Assembly (NCBI GenBank): GCA_030324005.1
Contig: JARDVH010000193.1
Location: forward strand, 86,991,550 to 87,055,549
Direction of reading: 5' to 3'
From: Negaprion brevirostris
Taxonomy: Eukaryota
DNA: 64,000 nt
This document shows positions 38,653 through 52,619 of the stretch, in pieces (within the stretch, counting starts at the first letter, position 1; each line of letters opens with the position of its first letter). The translations under genes and the position numbers were made by a program. The notes below the pieces were generated by a model, which made no database searches, had not been told where the DNA came from, and was given only the letters and a program-made list of their open reading frames with translations.

Positions 38653-41137
38653 GAGTTTCTGGTAAGCTTGAACCACTGTAGGCTATGTGGGTGAGAATTC
38701 TCCAACCTCACCCATGGCTGTTAGGAAGGGAGTTCCTGGATTTTGACCTTGCGACAGTGAAGGAACGGCAAAATATGTCCAAGTCAGGAGTGTGTGTGGC
38801 TTGGAAGGGAACTTGCAGGTGGTGTTGCTTTCATTGAGGATTGAGTGGATTGTGATCAGGATTGAAAACTTTGTTTTTTCCCTCCTAACCTCAGCACTCC
38901 AGAAGTCAATTTTTGCACCATCACTCTAGCCAAAATCAGCTGACTCAACATATACTTGTCATACCCGAACCTTGCCAGTTTATGTAGTTCAGCTGCAATT
39001 TTAACAACTTGACTATTGAAAAAATAAGGTTAAAACTCCCTTTTTGTTCAGGTTTTTCTTTGCTTTATTCCTGATCTCTTTGTGAAATTCATCGAGCGGT
39101 GGTATACCATTCAATCATTCACAGAAAGTGTTAAGATCAGCGGATGGCAAGCGTGTGACAAATGCCTGGAGTCAATTCTTGCTCCCTTTTCACACCTTTT
39201 TGCCCCTAACAATTGCTTGACAAAATTTAAATCTGCTTTACTGGGTAATTTTTCTTCTGGAAATTCAACATGTAAATACATCATACGTGTAGCACAGAGA
39301 CCACATAAAGTAAGAAAGTTCCAGATTACCCTGACCTATTGTAAATGAGTTGACCTCAGCAGAGGGAAGTGTAGAAATGTTAGGCCCGGATTTTCACTGA
39401 GTCATGGAGATTCCGTAGAGATGCCAACATCAGAGTTGGACCAAGAATCTGGAAAGCTAACCCCCATTTCCAACAGGTCCGATTTTCATCAGTTGGGAAA
39501 AGGGGGTGAGACTTAGTTGAGTTTAAATAGTTCTCAATTTTGCAGAAGCAAGGGCCTTAATTTGCAGTTTGGGAGTTACATTTATTTAGAGTAGTTGTAA
39601 ATGCTCTCAGAAGTTAGATAAGACCTTTAGAACTGTCAGGTTGTAAAGTNNNNNNNNNNNNNNNNNNNNNNNNNNNNNNNNNNNNNNNNNNNNNNNNNNN
39701 NNNNNNNNNNNNNNNNNNNNNNNNNNNNNNNNNNNNNNNNNNNNNNNNNGTAAAGTTATTTAATTACCCAACTCCTCATAACAAATTTTTAAAAACCTGC
39801 TCGTCTCAGTAAGAGGCAAAAAACTTAAGCTGTGAAGTTATTTAAATCCCTCGCCCTTTAAATGTTAAGAAATTGGCTGCTGTATCACTGAATGTTAAGA
39901 TTATTCTTCTCTAACAGTTATAATAATTGTTTGTTGACATTACCTCAAATACTGTTATTACATTATTAATATTTTCTAGCTTTTCACAACACATCAATAT
40001 CTCAGTAAGGTCTATCAGGTTCACAGTTTGATTGACAGCTCAAATAAGTTATTAAAGAACATGACATCTTTGATGTGGTGCTATGAATACAAGTCTGATT
40101 TTACAAGGATTAAGTACTTGAAGATATTTAAGTGCTTTCTGTGGACTTGCATGAATGGAAATATTTTAAATATAGTGAAGGCTACTAAAATTCAGTCAAT
40201 CTCAACATGACTCCTTCGGTCTTTCCATGGTGGATATTGGTGAGTTGTCATGGAGAGTTTAACTACAAAGGTTAGTGGGTGGATTGGCACAAGTTGATAT
40301 GAGTTGGCTTTAAATTGACATGGGACTCTGAATTGGCTTTAAGTTGGCATGAGAGATATAAAGGGCCATGAGACTGGGTGGTGGTATGGATTGGCTTGGG
40401 TTAGCACAGGTGGGAATTGTGTGTGGGGGAGTGAGGGAATGTGATGGGTAAGGATTAGAGGGCCTAATATTTAACAAAACAAATGGGGCGATGTCCCAGA
40501 CAGCCGAGGTGAGCATTACAATCAGCCCATTGCAGCACCCAGCAACAACCTGTCTCTGATCTGTATCCAGAATCGTTGGGCTCAACTCGATCCCACACCC
40601 ACACTTCTACCAGAGTAAGGATCCCGCCATTTGGGGGAGTTTCTCCTAAGGTTTTGACATGGAAGCAAACATCTGGGTGTTAGAATTAACCAGGGCTCAG
40701 GAGGAAGTAATTGATCACAAAACAATGATTCCTGCTAGAACACATCCTTGCAGAATTCTTCGGAACAAGAGATTCTTCCCCTTCCAGCACTTCTTCCTTT
40801 GCACATGTTTTTGCATGGCTTTCTCAGCAATCGCATCCTATGTGTTGGGTAGAAGTTGCTTCCGATTTCAGGGTCACACTAACCTACTTTTCCTCTGACC
40901 CAAACATTTAAGAAATGGATGAGCTATTTCTGTAAACATCTGAATGATTATGCTTTGTTTCATTTATGCTTGATTGTACATTGATTAAGGAACAACAGAG
41001 CATTTGACTATCAAATATTTTTCAACTTAAAGCAAAATAAAGCAACTGATTATAGAAATTAATTACTTAATGTTCTTTCAAAGATTGCCACTCTATTGTT
41101 CATTGCCACTTATATTTCAGCTGAAATGTCAAATCTT

Positions 41138-41790
41138 GGGCTGAGTTTTCACCCCTGGGATAGAAAACAAGAGATGGGACTTTTTCCATATCCTGAGAAA
41201 CAGTTACTGGTTTGATTTTTGACAGATGCCCCACTTAATTAGTCTGGAGACACATTCCATGTCCAATTAAGAAATGTGAACAGGCATTTCAAATTGGAGG
41301 GTCAATTAGAGACCTTCCAATTTCAGAGCAGGAAATGATGCTACACTGAATGGTAACCTCAGTATGGAAGTGTCCTCTCAGCGACATTTTAAAAATCAAT
41401 TAAATAAAGAAAGAAAACTCAGGCCATCCCTCTGAGGGTGCTGGGGTAACCCCTCTACAGGGTAGCTTTTGGCTGATCCTACATCCAGGCAGGCAATGAA
41501 AGCTTGAAGGCTAAGTCAAGTATTAAGACCTCAGCGTACCAGCTTACACTTCCTGAAACTTGCGATCACCTGGAAAATCCAGCTATTCTTCATTAACAAT
41601 GGTCTTAATAAACCTGATTGACTCCTTACTCCTCAGGCCTGCTGGCCCCGAATTTGCCTCAGCCAAGAGGGCTGACATCTAGGATAGGACTGGGAAACTG
41701 GCATGATAGTTGGTGTCAGTGTTTTCAGGACAAATCCACCACCATTCCTAACATCTGCAGGCACAAAAACCCTGTCTCAAATGTCTGGCC
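41138..41790. mobile_element. old Harbinger-type non-autonomous element
   Basis: Termini gggctgagtttt ... aaatgtctggcc; internal cttaatt/ccaattaag motifs as in 13858-14570. Confidence 0.45.
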
Positions 41791-42309
41791 TTCCAAGTGG
41801 CATGAACAATACTTTTTGAAGAAGAGTGTGAGAGATTTTTAGGTACAGTACGCGATTTCTCGAATATATTTCTTCCTCACTCGAACAGCTCCATGATCAT
41901 TTATCTTGCTTTTGTTTGTTGGAGTTTTTTTTTGGGAGCAAATTGGTTGCTACATTTCCTACCTTCCAACAGTAGCTGTATTTCAAAACTACTTCACTGG
42001 CTGTGTACCATTTCTGGGTGCACAAAGATATTGAAAGGAAATACATTCTTATGTTCCTCTTTTATTTGTATGCAGAGTAAAGCTGCACATAAAAGTTAAT
42101 GCATGCAAACAATAGGGGAATTGGCAAACCCCTGTCCAGAGAGCCATAGGATGAATTTTTTCTTCAAGCTCCAAGACCTCAATGTTGGGATCAAGTAAGA
42201 GGGTCCAGAGCCCTACTCCCTTCAACTTAGTCAGAAATTCCCTCATAAATAGGCAGATATAACAACTGTCTGTTATGGCTTCCTTTGGCAACCTTAGTGT
42301 CCACATGTA

Positions 42310-42483
42310 GATGTCCATAACAAATAATGATCTGGAGGTGGGGCGGGCTGTTAACGCCGAAATAAGTGAGGCGTGCAGGAATGGAACGGCGATAATTATG
42401 GGGGACTTCAATCTACATATTGATTGGTTGACCCATGTTGGACGCGGTGGGCTCGAGGAGGAGTTCTTGGAATGCTGCCGGGA
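42310..42483 (+). mobile_element. young CR1 endonuclease fragment running into a gap
   Basis: Open, CpG-retaining frame EISEACRNGTAIIMGDFNLHIDW...EEEFLEC. Confidence 0.85.
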
Positions 42484-43699
42484 NNNNNNNNNNNNNNNNN
42501 NNNNNNNNNNNNNNNNNNNNNNNNNNNNNNNNNNNNNNNNNNNNNNNNNNNNNNNNNNNNNNNNNNNNNNNNNNNNNNNNNNNNNNNNNNNNNNNNNNNN
42601 NNNNNNNNNNNNNNNNNNNNNNNNNNNNNNNNNNNNNNNNNNNNNNNNNNNNNNNNNNNNNNNNNNNNNNNNNNNNNNNNNNNNNNNNNNNNNNNNNNNN
42701 NNNNNNNNNNNNNNNNNNNNNNNNNNNNNNNNNNNNNNNNNNNNNNNNNNNNNNNNNNNNNNNNNNNNNNNNNNNNNNNNGAAGATCAAATGTGACTGAA
42801 GGAGTGTGTAGGGTGATAGCTTCCAGCTCTCAGGACACTGTCCAAGTGTCCAGGGACATAGCTCCAATAACATGAAGAGGTCTCTGAAGTACAGGTCAAG
42901 GACAAAGCTGTCCATGGTAAGGTGGGTGGAGATTAGGGTGTGGTCAATGCAAAATATAGGGCTCTGTTGCAGGGCAATATAAGGCATCATGTCCTTTATA
43001 TTTGAATTTATATGTCCATTCATGTTTTGTTTGATTTCAGTGTAATACATTCAGAGCTACATAGAGCAAGCCCAGAGAGCCAGGCCTCAAAAGAGGGTAG
43101 AAAAGGTTTAAGCAGACAGCTAGAGGTCTTCTCTGCCAACAAATACAGATTAATGCACACTATCAACTTCTAATGTGCCTAAGATCTTTTTGAATTATCA
43201 CGGCAATGGGAGAGCCAGCATTAAGACAACCAGGCTTCATATAGTCTAGGGAGATCATAGTCTTCTGTAAAATATAATCACCCCGCAGAAGGGAGGGAAA
43301 TGAGTAACACATCGTTGTACATTGGTTGGGCAAATACAATGCTTTGACATTATAACCTGGAAAACGGAACTGTCCAGCGAAATGATGAACAAAAATGTAC
43401 TGAACAATGTATCTTGTATCCAATTTGAGAAATTAATATGCTAATGTAAACCTTTGCAACTCAAAAAATTATAGTAACATGTACAAATCTACGATGGACA
43501 GAGAGAATGCGCAGGCAACATGAAATTTTGGCCAGTGAGTAAACTGGATGGCTCTTACCAACCCACAATAGACTACACCAGTCTCAACAAAAACGTAGTA
43601 AGGCAGCATCCCATGGTGGCAAGCTCAACCACGATATGGAATAACCTTTGCCCAGAGCAGAATGTGTTTTCAGTATTAGACATTGCCAATGGATTCTGA

Positions 43700-44367
43700 T
43701 CCATCCTGATATACACCGATAGCCGTTACGTGTTTGGGGTAATTCATGACTATATGATAGCTTGGGCTTAATGGGGATACATAACTTCCTCAGGGGGGCA
43801 TGTACAGCATGAAAATTGCATAAGGGAGTTGGTGGAGGTAGCCAAAGCACCAACGGAAGCTGCAGTAATCAACATAAGTACACATAAAAAGATACAGACA
43901 CCACAGCAGTGGGGCAATGATTATGTAGACAGGGCAGCCAAAACCCTCACAGCACAAACTCCGAGACTGCAGGGGGAAGATGTAAAATCAGTTGCTGCAG
44001 ACGAGCACAATTCAGATAGCGTAGGGAAAGTGCAAGTAGCAGCAGAAGGGGAAGAGACAATGGGAAGGAAGAAAGAGGGAGCTGTAAAATATTCAGATAA
44101 CATCTGGAGAAAGGATGGGCATATAGTAGCACCCGCAGTGTATAAGGCAAACCTTAATGAAAGTTTACCATGGGCTAATACGCATCGGGAGAGATAAAAT
44201 GATTAAGCAAATGAGCAGGTGTTGGTGGTAGAAGGGCATGGGGAGAGACATAGCCAGACACTGCCAGCAATGTGTGGTCTGTGCCCAGTGTGAACCTGGG
44301 AAAGCCCCCAAGATAAAGCTGAGGTATCAGCCCAGACCATAGGGGCAATGGCAGCAATTGCAGATAG
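43700..44367 (+). pseudogene. endogenous retrovirus pol fragment (RNase H plus integrase HHCC zinc finger)
   Basis: IYTDSRYVFGVIHDYMIAWA*WGYITSSGGHVQH...AAVINISTHKK...GNDYVDRAAK, then across frameshifts YHGLxHxGRDKM...HCQQCVVCAQCEPGK...GQWQQLQI. Confidence 0.9.
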
Positions 44368-47300
44368 NNNNNNNNNNNNNNNNNNNNNNNNNNNNNNNNN
44401 NNNNNNNNNNNNNNNNNNNNNNNNNNNNNNNNNNNNNNNNNNNNNNNNNNNNNNNNNNNNNNNNNNNATAGATAACACTGTTTTATCCCAAACCCACAAG
44501 AGATGACTAAATATTTCTCAGTGATGGAATGTGAACCACCAACTGACATTGAATATAGACAAACGAATAACTTCCGACAAATTGCCTCCAATCATTGTCT
44601 TGCCAAGGCTGATTATTCTGTGGCGTATTGTTGGGAATAGAACAAAAAATTTATGGATGCAGTTTGAAAATAGTTTTATTTTAAGAAATCTTATATGTAA
44701 GAGTGTAGTTAGTATGGTACTTCTAATGATTCCAGTTTGCAGCAACACTTAAGTGACTGTTTAACTCTTAAATAATTTCCCAATCCAGGCTGCAATGGTT
44801 CGAGACTCCTTAGGGGTGTCATCTGACATTAGTTGAACTCTAACAAAATATGTAGTCATATTTTCATATGCCTATGATTCAGACTTTACTGCTGGGATAA
44901 GGCCATTGAGATTACTTTAGTATTGGAGATGGAGTGGGGGAGGGGTTAGGGAAGAGAAAACTTCATATGAATAAGGCTCCCTCATTATTCAAACTACTGA
45001 AGTGCCAAAATGTAAAAGTGCCTTAAGGGTAGCCACAATGGAACTCCATGGGTCTCAGAGCAATTGCAGCAATCATGTTGAAATATTCATAGAGCTTTAT
45101 GCAGCTCAGTTCTTAATAAGATCTGGGCAGTTTTTTACTTGAATGGTTTTCATCTGAAACTTTAGGTGTGTTGCAAAATAACATTTTGGAATCCTACTCT
45201 CCAAATGAATCCTAATAATAATGCATGTACTGCTGTGCCTTTGTATACCTGTGGATTTTCCATATACCTCCAGATTTTCCATATACCTCCTTGTGAAGGA
45301 ACCCATTGTAAAAGAAATGTTTGCTTAATAAACTATTCTGTAAAAAGATTTAAAGAAATATATGAAAGACTATAAGACCAGAAGAGGAGAAAAATGTTGA
45401 TAGTGATTGTAAGTGATAGAAGATGAGTGTCAAATACCTTTACATACTTGCCCGTCTTTCCATCCACAGCAGTGATATTTTGGGGGTTCATACGTCTACA
45501 TTGTGTGCATGAGTGTGATTGAGCCATCCCTCCCCAGTGCACATTTATTATTCACAGAAATTAGACTGAATGTCCATTGCTCAGACTGACTTTCTCCCAA
45601 CTGAAGGAAACTGGCTACAAATGTGAGAGTGGGAGGGTTTTTAAAAAAAATGAAGAATTTCACAGAAATACACACAGCCTCTCAACTAATCATTGAAAAC
45701 TATAAAAAAGGATGACTCACATTTTTATAGTACTATTCATAACCTCAAGATATCCCATTACTCATTAGTCAATAAGGAATTTATGAAGTGTAGCTATTGC
45801 TTGCTATAATGTAAGGAACGTATGTTAAATGATATAAAAATAACAAATAGCAACGACAAGTGCATTTCACAACAAAAAGAAGTTCTCATTTTCCCCTCTC
45901 TTACAAATTTTGCAATATGGTACAAAGTTGGCAGCTGAGACCTCAATCTGTTCTCAATTTTGACACCAGTTAAAAAGAATCGTGCATTGGACAGCCTTAG
46001 CAGGTTCCCATTTTGTCCTTCTTCTCAGTGAAAAACTGATTTATTGCCACTTGCCATAAACTTTCCATTTCAATGGCTGAGAACAGTGGCTCGTGTGCAC
46101 GATTGTGGATCTGAATCCAAATCCCAAAATCCATGAAGTAGCATTTAGTCCTACAATGACGCACCCCAATGGGAATATTTAATCACACTTCTCTTCTTGT
46201 GGAGAGATATTACCAGGTCATCTTTTTATCTGACAGTTATTAATCTTTGCTGCCTGGACAAAGTCTCTACAGAAAGGATGCTTTGAGGGTTTAAATGCAT
46301 AGGGTCTGAGTTCCATCAGGAACAAGAGCTTTTTTAATTTATAAAGGATTTTATTATCGTCACCTTATTCTGGATCCGTACTCTGAAATCTGAATTACTT
46401 CCCATTCCAACAAAACTAATTGTTTTAAAGGAAAACTGCTAGAGGCTTGTAAAATGAGTCTATTACTCCAAATTAGGCAAATATGATGCATGTAGGTGTG
46501 ATCCGATTTATCTCATTAAAATAATGTCCAAGGTGCAAAACAAGTGAAAAAAAGTCACCAAAAATAAATTGAACTATAAGTTGTGGTCAAAATAAGAACT
46601 GGGATTTGTTTGTGTTCTTTGNNNNNNNNNNGATGATTATGGTGTGAATTTTGTGTGTGTGTTGTGTTTGCTGCGTATGTCAAATTTTGAAGTATTGAAG
46701 GTTTTCCATGTAACATAAAGTTGTCTATTTCTCCAGAAGCCAATGTTCTCTGTTGTATAGTTTTTGTAAATTGAGGCAAATGTCCTTGCGTGCTTGTATG
46801 TGTGTACATGTGCACAGGAGTGTTGTACATCAGATGTTATATGCTTTCAAAATATTTTCATGTCAGTTAGAATGATTGCTTACAGTAGTCAGTTTTCCCA
46901 TTTTCACACACCAATCTTGCAATCCCAGGCCAGCCCATTCCTGAGCATTTGCAGATTGATATCATATATGTTGGATATTGGTTTTCAATGGATTGTCCCA
47001 ATATTGTCTCTGGTACCTCTTAAGAAACAATTTTCATTAACAATATGAGAAATAGTAAATTTTTCAAGTGAAGTTTATCAAATGTATCTGGAACAATGCA
47101 TGAAATGTAATTTAAATAAACATTTTATCATATTTTGTAGAGAAAATTATTATTCATTTATTGACTAGACTGTTTATATACACGCTTTTTTTTTACATCT
47201 ACACCACTGAAGGAGGTACTCTTGTACAGCCAGGTACTGCACTTCAGTTGCAACTATTCGCTTTTTCTCTTGCAACATTTTTCCTTTTGTGATGAGATAC

Positions 47301-47574
47301 AGACCAAAAGGTATTCCAACATTACCCAGCTGACCATATGAACTGGATAATCAAGATAATTTTTAAATCATGTGCTCCTGGAAAATTATAGTTTGTATAT
47401 AGTGTATGCTGGAATTCCTGACATAAAAATATATTGGCCAAAGAGTGAAATCCCAAAGCAGATTAATCTTGTGTGTGTGTGTGGTACTATACATATAAAA
47501 TATATATATTTACTATATATACTCAGAACTCCATAGCTATGAATTCTGAGGAAGGCAATGGAAGAGTTTCCTTT

Positions 47575-47878
47575 AGAACGAAGAAAATTACAGTACAGGA
47601 ACAGGCCCATTGGTCCTCCAACCATGCTGCCTGACTGAACTAAAACCCCTGACCTTTCCGGGGACCGTATCCCTCTATTCCCATCCTATTCGTGTATTTG
47701 TCAAAACGCCCCTTAAAACTCACGACCGCATCCGCTTCCACTACCTCCCCCAGCAACCAGTTCCAGGTATCCACTACTCTCTGTGTAAAAAATCTGCCTC
47801 GTAGATCTCCTTTAAACCTTCCCCCTCGCACCTTAAATCTGTGTCCCCTAGTAATTTACTCTTCCACCCTGGGGGAAA
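47575..47878 (-). mobile_element. young CR1 3' end
   Basis: Minus ORF RGGRFKGDLRGRFFTQRVVDTWNWL...FKGRFDKY. Confidence 0.9.
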
Positions 47879-47879
47879 G

Positions 47880-48509
47880 CTTTCAGAGTCAGCACGTTAC
47901 ATGGGGGAGGGGCCTTTCGGACCCTTGAACTCTTGCCAAATAACAGCAAGGTAATAGTCAATGTCCTGCCATTAAAAGAAGCTTTTAAAGCCATACAGGT
48001 CGGCCTGACACAGTGGTGTTTCATCACACCAAAGACGGAGATAATCACAGGGGGGGTTCTCCTGTATGGCTACAAGTAACAAACTCTTTTAACAGTGGGG
48101 GAATTTCACCTCCCTGAATGAACATCAGGCTATCTATTTGGGGCCTGGTGGGATGACTCACCGTATATTGACATTGGACAGAATTATCTGACAGGCCATG
48201 CACCAAGCAACAGAGCTCACTCAGGAGTATCAGGCAATCAACAGATCAGGTATGTAAGGGAAGGATCCAGGTGGACCTAGCCATCAAGACCGCCACCTAG
48301 GTGGAAGTCTTGGGTCACAACATTGGTGGGATACATTCATTCCAGGGTTAGTAGGCAACCAATTTACAGATGGGTGGGAGATAATTAGAATAGGGATGAC
48401 AATCAATATAGACGTAATGCTGGTGTGGGCAAACAGTTATGCGCTGTCAACAAAGGAAAGTGGGTAAAACTCAATCTGTCCTTCAACATGCTCCACTAGC
48501 AGCCATCAA
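47880..48509 (+). pseudogene. possible retroviral env fragment
   Basis: Broken frames give AIQVGLTQWCFITP, a heptad-like QAMHQATELTQEYQAINR and IQVDLAIKTA, then SQHWWDTF followed by a hydrophobic IIRIGMTINIDVMLVW. Confidence 0.4.
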
Positions 48510-49989
48510 NNNNNNNNNNCAAAGGATCCCAATTTAGGAGAATCATGGCTATAGAATAGACACTTCCACCTGTTTTTATTTTGCATGAAATACTCACACT
48601 TATTCAAGTAAACTTCCAGCAGAAGTCCAATATGGCTGCAGCAGAATGGCTGCAAACTCAGTTAGGATACAGTCCAAGGCTTTAATTGCCTGAAGGTCTT
48701 GCGAGGAAAGAACTTCCAATCTCCCCCTACACAAGAAACTGAGCTGTAGAGGAGTTGAATCAGCGATAAGGACTCCCTGAGTCAGGAACTCTTACACCTG
48801 CACAACATTGGCATCAGTCTGTCAAGGTCAGTGAGCAGAATCACCAAAGATTGGTGAGGAAGAATAACCTTTTAAGAAATTATTAAATACGTATCTGACA
48901 CAGCAGTTTTTTTGGAGAAGGATGAGGTGCGGTTGCGCTCCAGGTGGCCAACTTTCTCCATTTCCAGCATACCTGATAAGCATGTCATAGCTGTGCCTGA
49001 ACTACTGAAGGTCTGTACCTGGGGGCCCTCACATTAGCCACACAAACTTTAATGGTAAATTCTGTTGGCCTGCATGGATTTACTGAGCCAATGCTTCTAA
49101 CGCTATGAGAGAATGGACATCTTCAACTATTCTTTAATTTAAAAAAATGACACTTTGGGCAGACACCTAAATGTAACCATGGAGAGAACCATCTAAACAA
49201 CTTGGATTCCTTTCCTCATGGCTGAGAGTCAGAAAATATACATGCAGGATGGATGCTTTGTTTCCAATAACCCAAAGATATTGCTGCCCCCAGATCTAGC
49301 CCATGTCTGGGATCAATTACTGTGCCATCAGGAGAGGCAATGCCTCCTATTATTCCTATGCAAATCTTTGTAATGATGAGTCACACCACTAACAGAGGCA
49401 ACATAGGAACTTCTCTTTTTTCTGCACCCACACATCAGGACTGTTCCAGGAAATACATAATTCATGTTAATGGAGACACTCTATTAGATTCTCCAATGTT
49501 TAATCCATCTTTGGCTTCCATTACACAGCATCAAGTTCACTGCAATAAATTATAATATTGTTAATGAATTCCTGCAGAAATGATACTCTGTATCAATAAA
49601 TAACGAGCCTTTCTTCTGAACACAAAGCTAATAAATACTGAACTAATAAACCAATGCTCATAAAAATGGACTTTCACGGTTCAGTTATGATGTCATTATC
49701 TGAAGACAAAAGTTAGGATAAAAATATCGTAACTGATTTGGTTTGTGTCCAGTTCTCTTCATCTTTGCTGCACCCAGGTTATTGAAATTGTTCCAGCTAC
49801 AAGAACAGAAAAATGTGTCAATGTTTTTCTGATGTTATAGTGAGTAAGGACAATGTGTACCTGAACCATGCAGAATCAGACTATCAATCCTGATGGTAAA
49901 TCTCCTGCTGGGTGCAAGTCCACAGTCCTCTGCAACTCATCAGTACTTCACACGATTCCAAGAAGTGTTAGCAAGCTGTTCAGCTGATA

Positions 49990-50222
49990 GAACTGTCAAG
50001 TCTATCCTTGTTTTCAAATCCCTTCCAATCCCTGTAATCTTCTCCAGCCCCACAACACATTCAAGTATTTGCCCTCTTTTAATTCTAGCTTGGGGCACAT
50101 TCTCAGTTATAATCATCCCATCATTTGGTAGCTGCGCCTTCATTGCCTTGGCTCCAAGCTCTGAAATTACCTCCTGTGCCTCACTACCTCACGCTCTACC
50201 TCTAAGAGGCATCTTAAAACCT
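49990..50222 (+). mobile_element. L2-type LINE 3' fragment
   Basis: atccttgttttcaaatccct...ctgcgccttca..gcct.ggctccaagctctgaaatt. Confidence 0.55.
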
Positions 50223-50966
50223 ATGAGAATGATCTTGCCTGCCATTCATGCCACCCTCTCACTACAGCAAGGTTGGGGAATTTGATGGCCAGGCAAATGT
50301 CTGTTCACTGCAGTGAGATGGGAAAATCCCATTGGTGTGAACGGTGATAAGATTCCTCCTCAACTCAGGTTTTAATCTTCTGACCTTTTGCCTGGAATTT
50401 TACTGCCTCACAGTTCCTCACAGTCTGGAAATCTCCATTGGCCTCAGGCTGGATCTTACGATCTCACCTGCCCTAAAATCCTACCCTTTATCTCTTTATG
50501 CAAAGAGGTGTCACACTTTGTTTTATAATGCCCCTGTGGCGTGTTTTAGGAAGTTTCATTGTGTTAGAGGTGCTCTATCAATATACGTTGCTGTTGTTGT
50601 TGATCCAGTCTGTACTTTATATTTGAATACGCAGGTTTCACAGCCGTGCCCCCTGAGTAATCACCACTGTGATGAACACTGGCTGAATTCATCGCCTTCC
50701 TCAACTCCAGATACTGAGCCGATTATAACATGGCAATTGCTGCCCTGATTGAGATTAGCTAACCCAATACTGAGCAGGGATTGTGAGTTGGTACTGAGAT
50801 AAAATCACAAGAAAAGGGCTGACTGGCTAATAACTTGCTGACAAATTCATGTCAACTGCCATTTTGATGAGACCCTTTAAATAACAGAGAGGCTCCCTCT
50901 TGAGACATCCAGGAGTCTCGTAACACATTTGAATCAATAATGATAATGGCGAGGGCTCTCAAAACC

Positions 50967-51990
50967 TTTTTTTTTGCAAAAATATACATTATTGAAATTA
51001 CAAAACATATCCAATTATTATAACAGGATGGTATGATGAAATTCATATTTCCTCCAGAGATCAAGATTCACTCTGAGATGCTTCAATTCAGTAATGTGAA
51101 CATTAAATGTTTTCAACGTTTCGATTCTAGATTGTACAGTTTTTTATAAATTGTATGCATCGGTCATGTTGCACTCTGCAGTGCTTCGATAAAGTTACAT
51201 ACGGTTAGAATTAAGCACAGTCCGAGGGGTTTTGTACAGTTACCAGCCCTTCGGTGAAGATTGGCTGAAAGGTCTTACAGAGAGACCTTTCCCCACTGGA
51301 CCTTGGTGATGACTATCCCAAGCTGGAATGCATTCCTCAGCACAGCGTTCTGGAATGTTCCAGTCTGCAACACTTGGTCAAGGACAATTCCTTGCACTGG
51401 AGATCAACAAGTTTCAGACAGATCAAGGAGCATCATTCACTGAGTTGATGATCCTCCAGCAGCATTTGATGTTTGTCTTAGTGTGTGTCTCTGGGAACAG
51501 CCCATTGAGCACAGAGCCCTGCTCAGAATGAACTTCCACAAATACCACTGCATCTCTCACCATACCTTTATTGCAAAGGCACATTCCACAAGGAGGTGTG
51601 AAACCATGTCTCCCCGCCACAGCCACTTTGAGGACAGCACATGGTGGTCCAGACTTCGGACATGCATGAAGAATCTGATGGACGGAGTCCTTCTCACCAC
51701 CAACAAAGCTAGATGTTGGTGCATCATGTGGGCAGGGTGGGTCACCAACTCCAGAGCAGACCTGACCCAATTTGCAATGACCTTGGCTAAAATTTTATAG
51801 TCCACATTCAACAGTGAACTGGATCACCAACTTCCAATTTCTTCCCTTTCCCCCTTCCACTTTTGATGAGGTTAATGATGCCTTTCCTCATGGATTCTGA
51901 CATGCAGTTGTCTAAAAGCATAGTCTTATACACTTCCAGCCTGTCTGGGCTGATCCAGTCCCACTGATCTCAATACNNNNNNNNNNAATG
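50967..51990 (-). mobile_element. internally deleted Tx1 (L1-clade) retrotransposon with polyA end
   Basis: Minus ORF NVDYKILAKVIANWVRSALELVTHP (RT start) is fused to HQHLALLVVRR...SHLLVECAFAIKVW and SVLNGLFPETHTKTNIKCCWRIINSVNDA (zf-RVT/C-terminus). The 3' end is aataatgtatatttttgc followed by an A run. Confidence 0.85.
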
Positions 51991-52545
51991 TCAGCTGGCT
52001 CCCACTTGAAACAGCCAGGAGTCTTGTTACACATTTAAAAAAGGGTGCTATCTGAATTTTAATATCCAAGCTGGTTACATCAGCTCCAAAGTCCTCCCAC
52101 GTGCACTAACTGAATGGAACAGAACCAAGCCAACAGCCCAGTAAATTATTGCTAGATAGCTCAAAATACATTCTGTTGCTCACAAAAAGCCCTGCTAAGC
52201 ATTGCCTATCCTACCACCATTTCCGGCCAATCACACAGTCTCTTGTTTATAAGGTGACTGACCAATCAGCTCTTTGTGTGGGCCACTGAATTCCCTATCT
52301 CTCTCCTGATTGGTCTGCTGCTTACTGGTATTTGTTTAGCACATTGCTCTCCCCTCCAAATGTGGTGTAACCATAAAAATGGTTCAGGCCTCTTTTGAAC
52401 TTCATGAGACAGGGAGTGAGCTCACCCTGTCCACTGCCCACCACTCATCCAATGGATATGGTCACATGCAAATAACTATATATATGTCCTTACATGTACT
52501 TTTCCCATCTTTTGTGTAAAGACCAAAAATATTTCCATCAGATGC

Positions 52546-52619
52546 GATAGACTGACCAAGTAGTGTATGGCTTTGGATTAAGGCTCCAGTATCTCAGGGA
52601 GTGTGGATTTGAAACCCCA
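52546..52619 (+). pseudogene. tRNA-Leu(AAG) pseudogene
   Basis: Contains tggattAAGgctccagt (anticodon loop into the long variable arm) with decayed D and T arms; lacks the acceptor-stem 3' strand. Confidence 0.75.

Noticed and set aside
42049-43050. Longest ORF in the track (333 aa) and other long ORFs at 16.8-19 kb, 36.2-37 kb and 55 kb
   Set aside because: Artefacts of reading through N gaps, GC-rich MITEs or antisense CR1.
48600-49060. Possible Harbinger Myb-like ORF remnant
   Set aside because: The motif match is too degenerate to support by eye.
49778-49839. 62-nt plus-strand exon candidate (VIEIVPATRTEKCVNVFLML)
   Set aside because: Splice signals are plausible, but there is no recognisable homology or partner exon.
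52200-52320. Cluster of three CCAAT boxes as a host promoter
   Set aside because: There is no CpG island or downstream exon, and it abuts the Tx1 5' side, so it is probably TE-derived.
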